A DNA stretch of 64,000 nt from Ignavibacteriota bacterium (GTDB taxonomy: Bacteria; Bacteroidota; Ignavibacteria; Kapaibacteriales; UBA2268), in contig JACRLY010000002.1 of NCBI GenBank assembly GCA_016219595.1, positions 18,190-82,189 of the forward strand. Reading direction: 5' to 3'. This document shows positions 18,685 through 29,721 of this stretch, in pieces (the stretch's first letter is position 1; the number at the start of each line of letters is the position of its first letter). The notes beneath the pieces are model-generated. The model was given only the letters and a program-made list of their open reading frames with translations, did not search any database and had not been told where the DNA came from. The translations under genes were made by a program, and so were the position numbers.

Positions 18685-20946
18685 TTAATACACAAAAAAC
18701 TTCCTAATAAAATAATTCGCGTCATAATTCAATCTGCAGAAGTAAAGCCCCGTTGATAAATTTAATCTAACGAGACTGATTTCGTGAATGCCGGGGATAG
18801 TTATAGATTCGTTAATTTCACCAACAGTCCTGCCTTCCGATGTATATAATGCCAGATTAATTTGCGAAGGTTGATTCAGATGAATAACAGCTGTGGCAGA
18901 GGAGTTAAGGGAATTATACCTGATTTGAATTATGTCATCAGAAGTATTTTTCTCCTCATTTACAGAAGTTATAACGGGAAAAAGATTGAAAGTCAAATCA
19001 TAAAATGCAGTGTCTTTGTATCCCGACCAGTAGTGGCGGTTGAATTCAGTGATGTCGAGAAAGCGGTAACCTGCTTTGTCTCCCTGCTGAACTCGAATAA
19101 GAATTACTACATTTGCGTTATTCATTTTATAGAAAATAGCAGCAAATTCGTCGAAGGGACATGTTCCGAGATTCACTCTACCAAATTCATCGCATGTGAA
19201 TTCCATATCAGGTATGCTATCATAGTATTTGCCATACATCACGCCCTGGTTACCAGTTGACCTGAACACACGGACATTGGCACCCGTCAAAGGATTGCCC
19301 GATGTATCCAATATAGTAACAATATTATTTTGTGGCAGGTCATTGAGATATTCACCGCTGTTGCCGGGAGGATTATAATTGCCCAGTGTAGCACGTTGAC
19401 CTGCTATGAGTGAAAGTGCATTCCAGCTATATTCATCAATTGATATATTTTCGTCGTCTCCAAAAAGCAAACCGCTGTTTTGAAATTTATGAACTTTTTT
19501 ACCCGATTCCCATGGAAGAAATTTTGTTCCTCCTATATATTTGCCGTTCTCTTTAATATTAACAATATCACCAAAGCCATTATCGGAAACACTGAATCCA
19601 ACAGGGTCAACTAAATATCTTGCCTTGAGCAAATCATTAAAGAATGCCTGGTCAAAATAGAATGGATTTGTATAATAAGGAGAAAAATGATTATTATACA
19701 TATTTGTCTGAATGAGTGAATCAGGAAAACCGCGAATCAAGTCAACACTTTTATCATTAAAATTTGGTGTTGTAACTGAGTTGTTTCCATCTAACGGAAG
19801 TGAACCATCAGGAACGATTACAATTTTGTCAATTCTGTATTGTTCATACATTAGTGGACCTGAAGAATCTACAGAAGGATCATAAAATTTAAAATTTAAT
19901 ATTCGAAGGGTACTGTTTACCCAATCTTCCCAGCAGTTATTTCCTGAATTTAATTGAAATTGATATTCCCTGAAATAATTATATAGAGATTCCTCGACAT
20001 AAAAACCTGCACTCAAGGAATAAGAATATAATGAAACGGAATTATTTTCCTTCTCAGCTTCAGGATATTGGTCTTTAGGGATTATGAATTCAAGGTTGTA
20101 AATAGAAAAATTCCATTTAATATTAAAATCTACTTTAACAACAGAAAATGGAGGCAAGTCTATTTTTCCTTCCATTAACTGATATCCACTACTAATTCCT
20201 AATACCCATATATAATAAACATCTTTTCGATAATGTTTTGATAAAGTCAAAACAGCGACACCAAATATAGTACCTGTGCTGTCAACGAAGGCAATGCTTG
20301 TGTCGGAGCATGACCATTTTACGAGGCTGTTGTCAATAAGTATTGTATCAAATTCAGAAGCTCTCCACACTTTCCGGATTTTGTTCTGCCAGGCAGGTTT
20401 CATATTAATCACAGTTGGTTCGAGTTTCAAATAAGCTAATGAGACATATTGGTAAAGCTCCCATTCGTTGAGACGGACAAAGTTGCCGCCGGTGGTTCTT
20501 GTTAATGTCAATCTAATATATTTCACATATATTTTTTCAAATTCGAGAGAATCCCATTGGCTGTCGAAAAGTGAACTGTCATTCACAATGACTTTGTATG
20601 TTCTTCTTTGCTGTTGAAGGTCTTCGGGAGTCATAGCCGATTCGATCAGCCAGATGCCATTTCCGGCAGATGTAAATATTCTGCTTTTCACAATCTAAAT
20701 CGAGTCGGCAAATGATAAAGTAATGACAAGTGGATTAATGCCGGAACTTCTTGCGAGAGTTATGCTGTCCCCGTCGAATATATTTGTAAGTTTGCCGAAA
20801 TCGAAGCTGCTGTTTACCTGTACCGAAACTGATTGATTTGAGATTAATGTGTTTAAATCGAGTTTACGGTACTCGTAGAGCTGGGCTGAAACCGGAAGCC
20901 ATGAAATTATTAAAAAAAATAATATGTCAATAATAAAATGTTTCAT
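18685..20946 (-). pseudogene. discoidin (F5/8 type C / CBM32-like) domain T9SS cargo protein interrupted by one in-frame TAG (20697-20695)
   Basis: The ORFs 20946-20695 (signal peptide plus NIFDGDSITLARSSGINPLVITLSFADSI) and 20691-18685 (from a GTG) are in the same frame, separated only by TAG plus ATT. The domain continues across the stop (...IVKSRIFTSAGNGIWLIESA...YVKYIRLTLTRTTGGNFVRLNEWELYQY). The C-terminus is CTD-like (LYFCRLNYDANYFIRKFFVY). Confidence 0.7.
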
Positions 20947-20961
20947 TTTTTATCAATGTTA

Positions 20962-21849
20962 TTACTTCAAATAATCGAAACGCAACAAAGTCGGTTTTTT
21001 ATTTTGCCCTTCGTTTGTAATTAACATATCGCCATTTTTTATAAAGGAAATACCTTCGGCTTTATTAAAAATTACCGGATTAAGTTTTTCTATATGTTCA
21101 ATATTACCATTCAAATCGAACATAAACAATAAATAATCAATAGCAGATAATAAAAAGAGTTTTTTTGTAATCGGATGAATGCAAATTGCAGAAATTCTGA
21201 ATTTAATATTTTGTTTAATTTTTCTTCCTTTCTTGTTTGTTTTTTGCGGGAATTCGATATTTTTCAAATTTGCAAAATCATTGATATATTTTAAATCAAA
21301 TTCAATTAAAGGTTTATCACTCAATCTTTTGGTTTTTAAATCGAAGCTGAAAATTGCTCTTTTATTTCTGAAATCCGGTCCTTTACCCAAATTACTTTTG
21401 CAACCGATAAGTAATCTATTGTTATCCTCATCGTAGCACAGACCTTCATTATTATTTGCGGGTATGCCTGTACTATATAAATTAATTCCGCAATCCTTCG
21501 ATTTGTAATTTATAATTTCAAGAAGAGTGCCATCGCTTCGAAGAATATAAATTGTTTTGTCAACCAATGCAATTCCTTCATAATCACCATCAATTTGAAA
21601 TTCAAATTGCTTTATTAATTTATTCCCGGCAATGTCATAAATAAATATAATTCCTTTTTCATCCTGAATGCATGCTACAATGGAGTCATCAATAATAGCA
21701 ATTCCGGAAATTTCATTTAATGTATCGGGAAGAAGCAATGTTATATCCGGTTTTGTGAGATTATACAGTAAATTCTCACTTTTAGCTGAATATGAAGTGC
21801 TTAAGAAAAATAATTCAATTATTAAGACAAAATACAAACAGCGAAACAT
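20962..21849 (-). CDS. SdiA-regulated / YjiK-like beta-propeller protein
   Basis: 295 aa with a signal peptide. Motifs LNEISGIAI, DYEGIALV and AEGISF match my recollection of the SdiA-regulated domain. Confidence 0.6.
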   Translation of the reverse strand: MFRCLYFVLIIELFFLSTSYSAKSENLLYNLTKPDITLLLPDTLNEISGIAIIDDSIVACIQDEKGIIFIYDIAGNKLIKQFEFQIDGDYEGIALVDKTIYILRSDGTLLEIINYKSKDCGINLYSTGIPANNNEGLCYDEDNNRLLIGCKSNLGKGPDFRNKRAIFSFDLKTKRLSDKPLIEFDLKYINDFANLKNIEFPQKTNKKGRKIKQNIKFRISAICIHPITKKLFLLSAIDYLLFMFDLNGNIEHIEKLNPVIFNKAEGISFIKNGDMLITNEGQNKKPTLLRFDYLK

Positions 21850-21967
21850 AATTTATTATCATATTTTGAAAACAATAATATTTAATTTAAAACTGTTATG
21901 CAACAAATTTAAAGACTCGCTAAGAATCACAATATATATAATCGTATTAGATTAATTGATTAACATT

Positions 21968-24220
21968 TTATTTTAAAAATATAATTTTTTTTGTAACAAA
22001 TTTCTCACCAATTTTCAATCTAAGCAAATACAGTCCTGATGTCAGTCGTTCATTATCAAAAGAAAGCGTATGATTGCCTTCAGTCATAGTGCCACAGTCC
22101 TGCTGATATACTAAATACCCAAGATAACTATAAATAGACAGCTCAACATTTGATGGCTGAATCAAATTGAATTTGACAGAATTATTATTAACAGTAATAA
22201 CATCATGTTCAGATGATTGAAATTCTTCATCACCGACACCGACAAGCAGGTCATCACATATTCGTGAGTAATAGTAATAAGCAGGACAATCCCAATTTGT
22301 ATAATAGAGTCCATTAGGCGAAAAAACAGGATAGTTCCTTCCACCAAAATAACATTTTTTATCAGTTTCAAGATTCAGTCCATAACATTGATATCTATTC
22401 TCTATGTAGTCATATTTTTCGTGAACAATTATATTATTTATACTATTTAAAAAAGAAATTTTTCTTTCATACCCAAGTTGTAAATATTTGGTATATAATA
22501 ATGAAGAATTTGAAATATCCCAAATATATATTGTATCTAATTTTGAAGTTAACAGATGAGTATAATTATATAAATCCCAATATGTGTGTTTATTAATTAG
22601 TGGATAATTCAATACGTATCTATTTGTTACTTCTTTTGTATTTAAATTAATAGTTAAACATTCGAACAATCTGTTTGATAGAAAAACAGATTTTCCATCA
22701 TCAATAAGTCTGATATTAAAACTTGTAACAGGATTTGAAAACAGGTTATCAACCTTTATACTATCTATAAAACTATGATTAAGAGTATCATATATATATA
22801 AATCAGAATTTGTATAAACAAGTATTTTACTGCTATCTGGTAAATTCAAAGAATTATGATAAAATGGTTTATAAATACTATTAATATATTTATCCTCCAT
22901 TATGCTATATACATACAAACTGTCATTTTCAATAATGTAAATTTCATCTCCTGAATTAGAAATATCAGAAGGTAACTTATCATAAAAGAAAACGTGCCGG
23001 ATCTTTTCTGAATCGGGCTCCCATATTACAGCAATACTATCAGAGCCGGCTATCAATAACCTCTTACCATTCTGACTAAAAATGACACTTTCAATATTCA
23101 TTCCGACATATCCCTGAGGTAAAATCTCAGATAATTTATTTGTCTCCAAATTATAAATACCAATATTTGCAGCAGGTCCAGGCATTTCAGCATAATAACC
23201 ACAATAAATGCCTTTTCCTAATATTAAAATCATTTTTTTTAAGTCATTTGATATATACTTTAATGTATTAAATTCTAAAAATTGTAATCCACTATTAGAA
23301 TTTACAACTGAATCAACAATTGATGACTTTTTTAAATCATATATTAAGAAATATGTAGAATCATATCTAACGAAATAATTCACAATAAGATGATTGCCAT
23401 CGGGCGTTTCGCAAAAATTTATAATACCATCACTATTTCTTTGTGGTAATTCATAATTAAGAGTTCCTGTAAAAAGGTTAATTGATTTTATATGGTTATT
23501 ATTATCAAAATAAATTAAATTATTTTCATCGAATGATAAAACAGATTTTGGTTCATTGAATTGATTAATGTTCTGAGTTGCTATAGTCGTACCTGTTTTT
23601 GTATTAAAAACATCAACTTTTTCGCTGTATAATGAATAAATATATTGTGTATTATTTTTATTTAAATAAGTCTTTACTGGAAAGTCTAAGCTGTCAATTG
23701 CTATATCCAATACTTTTTGTTTAGTATCAAGATTCCATCTTTGGATAGTATTTGACCTCCAATAATAAATAATTAAATCAACAGAGTTTGAATCAATATC
23801 TAATTGGAGATTCATGTATTCTTGCCAGGAAATTAGAGTATCAATTGTTGAATAGGTATGTGTATTATTTCCAGTCAAGTAATCGTAAATTTTAATATCA
23901 CCATTCCAATCAATTAGTGCGAGTGAATGATGGGATTTGGATATAACAAAATTTTTTAAATACTTTGGAGCCCATCGTTGGTATAATTGAGCAGGCTTTT
24001 TATTCATGTTGTAAATTTCAACTTTTTCTGCCATGCTATAATTACCATAAGATGTAATAATTAATATGAGAGAATCATTTAAAACAGTTGGATTATGTTC
24101 ATTTACATAATCAATATAGCCAATGCTTTCCCACCCATCCTGCGAGTATGACAGAAATGCCGAAATCAAAATAACAATCGAAACGAGAATAATTTTTCGA
24201 AGCTTCATTTCAAACCTCAT
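21968..24220 (-). CDS. beta-propeller-like repeat protein with T9SS C-terminal domain
   Basis: 750 aa with a signal peptide. Long Asn/Tyr/Ile-rich repetitive body with WD40-like periodicity. C-terminus LSIYSYLGYLVYQQ...TSGLYLLRLKIGEKFVTKKIIFLK. Confidence 0.55.
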   Translation of the reverse strand: MRFEMKLRKIILVSIVILISAFLSYSQDGWESIGYIDYVNEHNPTVLNDSLILIITSYGNYSMAEKVEIYNMNKKPAQLYQRWAPKYLKNFVISKSHHSLALIDWNGDIKIYDYLTGNNTHTYSTIDTLISWQEYMNLQLDIDSNSVDLIIYYWRSNTIQRWNLDTKQKVLDIAIDSLDFPVKTYLNKNNTQYIYSLYSEKVDVFNTKTGTTIATQNINQFNEPKSVLSFDENNLIYFDNNNHIKSINLFTGTLNYELPQRNSDGIINFCETPDGNHLIVNYFVRYDSTYFLIYDLKKSSIVDSVVNSNSGLQFLEFNTLKYISNDLKKMILILGKGIYCGYYAEMPGPAANIGIYNLETNKLSEILPQGYVGMNIESVIFSQNGKRLLIAGSDSIAVIWEPDSEKIRHVFFYDKLPSDISNSGDEIYIIENDSLYVYSIMEDKYINSIYKPFYHNSLNLPDSSKILVYTNSDLYIYDTLNHSFIDSIKVDNLFSNPVTSFNIRLIDDGKSVFLSNRLFECLTINLNTKEVTNRYVLNYPLINKHTYWDLYNYTHLLTSKLDTIYIWDISNSSLLYTKYLQLGYERKISFLNSINNIIVHEKYDYIENRYQCYGLNLETDKKCYFGGRNYPVFSPNGLYYTNWDCPAYYYYSRICDDLLVGVGDEEFQSSEHDVITVNNNSVKFNLIQPSNVELSIYSYLGYLVYQQDCGTMTEGNHTLSFDNERLTSGLYLLRLKIGEKFVTKKIIFLK

Positions 24221-24389
24221 CTATAAAATTTTAAATCAGCTTCTTTTTGGTTTTCACAATGGATGCTGAACTAAATTCAGCATGACATACTTTCGTAATT
24301 CATTATTGATATATAATCCCTACGGGATAATTTAAAAAAATTCTTAATAATATATAACCACAATTTAAAATTCAAAATTTATAATTGTT

Positions 24390-27300
24390 TTACTCTGCCA
24401 CAATCAACTGTTTTAGCAGTGCCTGCCTGCCGTTGACATAGAATGATACAAAATAAACACCAGAAGATAGCTGTTGTTTTCTCAATTGGAAATAATGAGA
24501 ATCTTCCTTGTTCATTAAACCGTCGAAATAAGTCCCGATGCATCTTCCGAGCACATCGCTGATTTGCACTTTTACATTTGCATTATCAATTAATGATTTG
24601 AATGAAATTATTGAGAAATCGAGCATAGGATTTGGAAATAATATTGTTTCCAATACCCCTATTTCGTTAGTAAGGCTATATTCTACTCCAACTGCAGTAT
24701 CAGCTATTATATAATTACCCATATTGATTGTAGATTGATTGATACCATCAGATACAGTTAAAACAACAGTGTATATATTTGATTTAGTGTAAAGATGAAC
24801 CGGATTTTGTTCAGTACTACTACTATCATCTCCAAAATCCCAAAGCCAGGTTGTTGGATTACCGATTGATTGGTCAGTAAATTTGACACTAAATGGAACG
24901 TTTCCCCTTACAGGGTCAGCTGAGAAAATAGCTCTTAAAATATTTGGAGGATATACTTTTATAAAATTATTTTTTATTATTTCTGATGAATCATTAGTAC
25001 CATAAGTTTTAAGTATAATGGTATATGTTCCTGTATCTTGAAATATATGAGTTGGATTTTTTTCAGTTGAAGTTCCACCATCACCAAAATTCCAGAGCCA
25101 AGAAATAATATTTCCTTCAGATTCATCTTTGAATTTTACTTCAAGTGGTACGGCTCCGGCGTATGGATTTGCAGAAAACGCAGCAATAGGTTTTTTATCT
25201 AAAACTATAATATAATTTGATTTAAAAGTTGTATTTTCATTTGTTTCATCTGTTATTTTTAAAGTAACAGTAAATGAACCTGAAGAATTGTATATATGTG
25301 AAGGATTTTTTTCCGAACTGGTACCCCCATCACCAAAATTCCATAACCAGGATGTAATCTGTCCCGATGAGTTATCTGTAAATTGAACATTTAGAGGTTT
25401 GATTCCAGAAAGTGGTTCTGCAGAAAAGGCTGCTTTCAAAGCATTATCATAAACTATAATGTAATTTTCCTTGATAATCATGTTAGAAATACTTCCGTCA
25501 GATACTGTCAATTTTACATTGAAAGACCCTGTTGAATTATAAATGTGAATCGGATTTTTTTCTGTACTTGTGCCGCCATCACCAAATTCCCATGACCATG
25601 ATGTTATATTCCCGACAGAATTATCTGTGAACTGAACCTCGAAAGGAGAGTTACCATAATTGCTTAAAACAGAAAAATCCGCTACGAGTGTATTAAATCC
25701 TGCAATTTTGTAAAGATTTCCATTGTAATCACTAACCCAGAAATTGTTGTCACGCGGGTCAATATCTATTCCACGAGCATTAATCATACCCCCGGTATTC
25801 GATTCGAGAGGCATTGTTTCAAGGCTTGCTGTCAATGTATCCTTGTCAATTTTCATTGCCAATGCTTCGGTCAAACTGCCGCCTCCGGGGAAATAGGTGC
25901 ATATCTGGTACAAATATTTTGAACCGTCATAACAAAGTCCCCTCGGACCATAAGTCTTATTATATGGATTTGTACTCCTGGAAATTTCACTACCGTCAAC
26001 AGCACTTATTTTATACATCTGACGGCTTCCGTCCCTGTCACATGCTATTAGGACTCCGTCTACTAATTCCAGTCCGATAGGATATGATTTTGAAGGACTA
26101 TTAAATGAACGTATTTGATTGCCGAGTGTATCGAGTACTAGGATTTTTCCTCCATTGCCGCTTGTACTATTCATTTTATGAATATAGATTGTTCCAGTTA
26201 GTCTGTCAAGAGTTAAATCGCTGAACAGGCTATCGCCGGGAAGAGTAAAAGATTTTTCAATAGCGAAGGTTTCAGCGTTCAGTTTATATAGCTTGTTTCC
26301 CTCAAAATCAGTTGACCAAAGCCCGTTAATACCGTCATAAGTAATTCCGTATGGGACATACTTGACGCCACTGCTGATAAGCACCGAGCCTTTTTTCAAA
26401 GTATTAATAGAAAATGTTCTTGATATAACAACATTATCATTGGCGCTTACTCTAATTCTGCAAAGCAGGGCATCAATATTGGGAACTCTCCACCTCATAT
26501 AATTACCGGTAACATTATTTGCAATATTTACCCAGTTTGCACCATCGTTGGTAGAGTATTCAATTTTTACAGGCTGATTGAATCCGTACCAGGATATTAC
26601 AGAAGAACTTGTACCGACATAAATTTCGCCTCCTGCAGGCGATGTGATTGCCAAATCGGAAACAATTTCCGAAGGCACTGTTACTTCCCACATTGACCTG
26701 CCGTGAGTGGCAGCTCTGAGAATTAAATCAGGGAGTACAAGCCGGTTCATATGGAAACTCAAATCAAGAACAGGACTTCTCGGTAAACCGCTTCCGAATG
26801 GGAGCCATGAATTGCCGGCGTCATAGGTAGTAAATACACCGACATCGGTTGCAACAAAAAGTATATTCTCATTTTCAGGATGTAAAGCAATTGCATTGCA
26901 CGGTGCATCAGGAAGGGATAACCCTATATTTTCCCATGTCTGTCCATAGTCTGTGGTTTTGAATATATGTCCGGCTCCATAGCCTGAATAAGAAACATAG
27001 GCAGTTCCTTCATTTTCATACGAAGTTTCTATGTCTGTCATGTACCTGTTAACGAGACCGTTAGATGATACTTCATTCCAGCTCGCATCTCCTTTTTCAG
27101 CACCATCCTTGCATACATATAATTCACCGACCTGGTTTCCAGCCCAAATCACCAATTGATTTGCATGAGAAACTGCAATAGTTGAAAATCCGGGAACCTT
27201 TTTGCTGATTATTTTCGACCATGAATCACCGTTATCATAACTTGCATAAAGTGCATGCCTGCCGTGATATAAAATATAATTATTAATTGGGTCCATAATG

Positions 27301-28907
27301 AAGGGTGAATCCCAGGGACCTTCATCACCTGAAAATACTCCCGATTCAATAGATTTGCTCGACATATTGGCTAAATTGACTCTTCTTATGCTGCCGTATT
27401 GAGATTCACCATAGAAGATATTGGGATTGTCATAATCAACAATAACCCTGAATCCGTCACCCCCGATTATGCCCGACCAGTTGTCGGGTGTCAGATTGCC
27501 GAGTGTACCATTATCCTGAGTACCCCCGAAATTCCTGTTCACTTTAGAATAATCTACTGCGAGAGAATAAAATTGAGTAACCTGCAAATTATTATTTATT
27601 TCAGACCATGAGTACCCGCTGTTCGAGCTGATATATATTCCACCGTCATTTCCGGCATAAACAATATTTGGATTAAGAGGATTGAAAGAAGCCACATGCT
27701 GGTCAACATGGACTGACCCCCCTGTATATCCGCTTGTTACATTTGTCCAGGCTGAACCACCGTCGGAAGTTCTCCATATGTCGATGCCTCCTGCAAGCAC
27801 AATATTTGCATTTGACGGGTGTACACTAATATAATTATCGTACCAGCCCTGTCCGTTAAAGAATGATTCCTGTCCTTTATAAATCAAAGACCAGGAGCTC
27901 CCACTGTTAGTTGTTTTGTAAATTGTTCCGACTCCGCCAATATCAGTAAGTGAATAAAGTGTTTCAGGACTTGAGGGAGCAAGCTGAACAGAAACTCTTC
28001 CGATACCGGTTTCGAATCCTGAGCTGCGGATTTCCCAATTATCGCCTGCGTCGGATGAATAATAGACACCTTCGCTTGAAACACCGATAAATATCCAGTT
28101 TTCATCGTTAGGGTCAATTGTAACATCAGTTACGTTTTGGTCAAATGTTTTTGTCCATGTAGCACCTGCATCAGTGGATTTATAAAATCCCTGACCTTTA
28201 TAACATCCGCCTGCAACAATGAAATTGGAATTTTTCGGGTGTACGTATACTTTTGAAAATGTACCAACATTTCTCAATCCGATTAATTTCCAGGTGACGC
28301 CTGCATCGATAGATTTGAATAAACCGGCACCGAGGTAAATTGGAGTTCCGCCCAAACCACCACCTGCACTGCTAACCGCTTCACCGGTGCCTGCATACAT
28401 TGTGTCGGGATGATTCGGGTCGATTGCTATTGAACCGAAGGCAATTCCGTTTTCAAAATCAAAAATCGGAGTCCAGTTGGCACCATAATCTGTAGTTCTC
28501 CAGATTCCTCCGGCTGCAGCACCGGCGTAAGCCCATCCGTTTTTAACTGGATGAGGGGCAATGGATTTAATCCTGCCGCCGACTTTGAAAGGTCCAATCG
28601 GTTTCCATTCCGGTTGTTGAGCCTGAATTAAAGCTTTTGAATTTTTTGAATGCATCATACGGTCGGCATACTGAATCGCTTTTATTCTTGCGTCTTCAGG
28701 GACAGCTTCGTATGGATATGCCCTCTGACGCATAAATTCATGTGCCCTGACAAATGGTTTGGGAACATGGTCAGAAGGTTTGATTTCTTCGAGTAAGCTT
28801 TTCGGGTATTTAATATTTGTAGTCTGGCTTTGCAAACTAAGTGAAAAGCAAATAATCAGCAGTATTAAGTAACCAAAGTTTTTCATATTTGAGCCCGTTA
28901 AAAACAA
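24390..28907 (-). CDS. giant exported protein: BNR/Asp-box (sortilin-like) propellers + NHL-like region + four PKD domains + T9SS CTD
   Basis: 1505 aa. At least 10 SxDxGxxW-type Asp boxes (TTDYGANW, SIDAGVTW, STDAGATW, SSDAGDNW, TSDGGSAW, SYDNGDSW, TTDYGQTW ...). Four ~90-aa repeats of type FTDNS.G.ITSW.W.FGDGGTS.EKNP.H.Y. C-terminus SSGVYFVSFYVNGRQALLKQLIVAE. Confidence 0.8.
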   Translation of the reverse strand: MFLTGSNMKNFGYLILLIICFSLSLQSQTTNIKYPKSLLEEIKPSDHVPKPFVRAHEFMRQRAYPYEAVPEDARIKAIQYADRMMHSKNSKALIQAQQPEWKPIGPFKVGGRIKSIAPHPVKNGWAYAGAAAGGIWRTTDYGANWTPIFDFENGIAFGSIAIDPNHPDTMYAGTGEAVSSAGGGLGGTPIYLGAGLFKSIDAGVTWKLIGLRNVGTFSKVYVHPKNSNFIVAGGCYKGQGFYKSTDAGATWTKTFDQNVTDVTIDPNDENWIFIGVSSEGVYYSSDAGDNWEIRSSGFETGIGRVSVQLAPSSPETLYSLTDIGGVGTIYKTTNSGSSWSLIYKGQESFFNGQGWYDNYISVHPSNANIVLAGGIDIWRTSDGGSAWTNVTSGYTGGSVHVDQHVASFNPLNPNIVYAGNDGGIYISSNSGYSWSEINNNLQVTQFYSLAVDYSKVNRNFGGTQDNGTLGNLTPDNWSGIIGGDGFRVIVDYDNPNIFYGESQYGSIRRVNLANMSSKSIESGVFSGDEGPWDSPFIMDPINNYILYHGRHALYASYDNGDSWSKIISKKVPGFSTIAVSHANQLVIWAGNQVGELYVCKDGAEKGDASWNEVSSNGLVNRYMTDIETSYENEGTAYVSYSGYGAGHIFKTTDYGQTWENIGLSLPDAPCNAIALHPENENILFVATDVGVFTTYDAGNSWLPFGSGLPRSPVLDLSFHMNRLVLPDLILRAATHGRSMWEVTVPSEIVSDLAITSPAGGEIYVGTSSSVISWYGFNQPVKIEYSTNDGANWVNIANNVTGNYMRWRVPNIDALLCRIRVSANDNVVISRTFSINTLKKGSVLISSGVKYVPYGITYDGINGLWSTDFEGNKLYKLNAETFAIEKSFTLPGDSLFSDLTLDRLTGTIYIHKMNSTSGNGGKILVLDTLGNQIRSFNSPSKSYPIGLELVDGVLIACDRDGSRQMYKISAVDGSEISRSTNPYNKTYGPRGLCYDGSKYLYQICTYFPGGGSLTEALAMKIDKDTLTASLETMPLESNTGGMINARGIDIDPRDNNFWVSDYNGNLYKIAGFNTLVADFSVLSNYGNSPFEVQFTDNSVGNITSWSWEFGDGGTSTEKNPIHIYNSTGSFNVKLTVSDGSISNMIIKENYIIVYDNALKAAFSAEPLSGIKPLNVQFTDNSSGQITSWLWNFGDGGTSSEKNPSHIYNSSGSFTVTLKITDETNENTTFKSNYIIVLDKKPIAAFSANPYAGAVPLEVKFKDESEGNIISWLWNFGDGGTSTEKNPTHIFQDTGTYTIILKTYGTNDSSEIIKNNFIKVYPPNILRAIFSADPVRGNVPFSVKFTDQSIGNPTTWLWDFGDDSSSTEQNPVHLYTKSNIYTVVLTVSDGINQSTINMGNYIIADTAVGVEYSLTNEIGVLETILFPNPMLDFSIISFKSLIDNANVKVQISDVLGRCIGTYFDGLMNKEDSHYFQLRKQQLSSGVYFVSFYVNGRQALLKQLIVAE

Positions 28908-29015
28908 TGTTTATCAAATAAAAGTAAACGAATCATAATATATATTTATTATAGTTAATAATCAAATATTTTTTAATAATTTTAAAATCAATTAATAAGA
29001 AAATATGATTAAACT

Positions 29016-29690
29016 GTGAACATTGATTTTTCGAAATATCCACTGCCTAAAAGATTCAGGCATCACACAGCCGCACATCTTTATGTGCCATTGTCGCAGA
29101 TGAAGAACAAACCTGATTATTATCCTCCTGTCTATGATAAAATTGACTGGAAGGATTTATTTACCAACGGGAAACCTCCTGATTTGATTGACATAGGATG
29201 CGGCAAGGGTTCATTCCTGTTAGAGAAGGCTTTGCAAAATCCAGCACAAAACATTTTAGGAATTGAACTTAGGAAACAACCTGTTGACTGGATAGACGGG
29301 GTTATCCGTGGGGAGAAACTTCAAAATTGTGCAGTATTGTGGTATAATATTACGAATGGTTTGGGTTTTGTCGAAAGTAATTCCATTGAAAAAATCTTTT
29401 ATCTTTTTCCAGACCCCTGGCCGAAGAGAAAGCATTATAAGCGAAGGGCATTCAATGAGGATTCAGTTAAAGAATTTGCGAGGGTGTTGGAAAAAGGCGG
29501 GGAGTTGTATCTCGCAACGGATTTGGAGGAAATTCATGATTATCATATCAAAATCCTTAATATCTGCGGATTGTTCAAGTATTCAATTATCAGTAACGAT
29601 GATGAATGGAATCTGCCTGTGACGAATAAAGAGAAGTTTTGCAGGGCGAATGATATTGAATTTTATAGGATAAAGTGTGTTAGGAGTTAG
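29016..29690 (+). CDS. trmB: tRNA (guanine46-N7)-methyltransferase TrmB
   Basis: 224 aa with a GTG start. SAM motif DIGCGKGSF and FPDPWPKRKHYKRR block. Ends in TAG at 29688-29690. Confidence 0.85.
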   Translation: MNIDFSKYPLPKRFRHHTAAHLYVPLSQMKNKPDYYPPVYDKIDWKDLFTNGKPPDLIDIGCGKGSFLLEKALQNPAQNILGIELRKQPVDWIDGVIRGEKLQNCAVLWYNITNGLGFVESNSIEKIFYLFPDPWPKRKHYKRRAFNEDSVKEFARVLEKGGELYLATDLEEIHDYHIKILNICGLFKYSIISNDDEWNLPVTNKEKFCRANDIEFYRIKCVRS

Positions 29691-29721
29691 TCGTCAGTCG
29701 TTAGTCGTTAGTTATTAGTAA
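29687..29721. repeat. heptanucleotide tandem repeat TTAGTCG/TCAGTCG x ~5, decaying into TAGTTATTAG tail
   Basis: Read directly from ttagtcg tcagtcg ttagtcg ttagtta ttagtaa. The first unit contains the trmB stop codon. A purine-rich AGAAG-type tract follows (29719-29800). Confidence 0.8.

Noticed and set aside
16738-20946. Reassignment of TAG to a sense codon, suggested by two in-frame TAGs in neighbouring genes
   Set aside because: TAG ends at least four apparently complete genes in this window: trmB (29688-29690), the MFS transporter (31635-31633), yitT (42415-42417) and the GT-like gene (45324-45326). Reading through the MFS TAG would add ~30 codons antisense to nadB. Genome-wide reassignment is therefore unlikely, though local suppression or error remains open.
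14536-29721. Heptamer arrays or other intergenic repeats as CRISPR arrays
   Set aside because: The units are 7 bp, directly abutting with no spacers. No 25-40 bp direct repeats separated by unique spacers and no cas genes are present.
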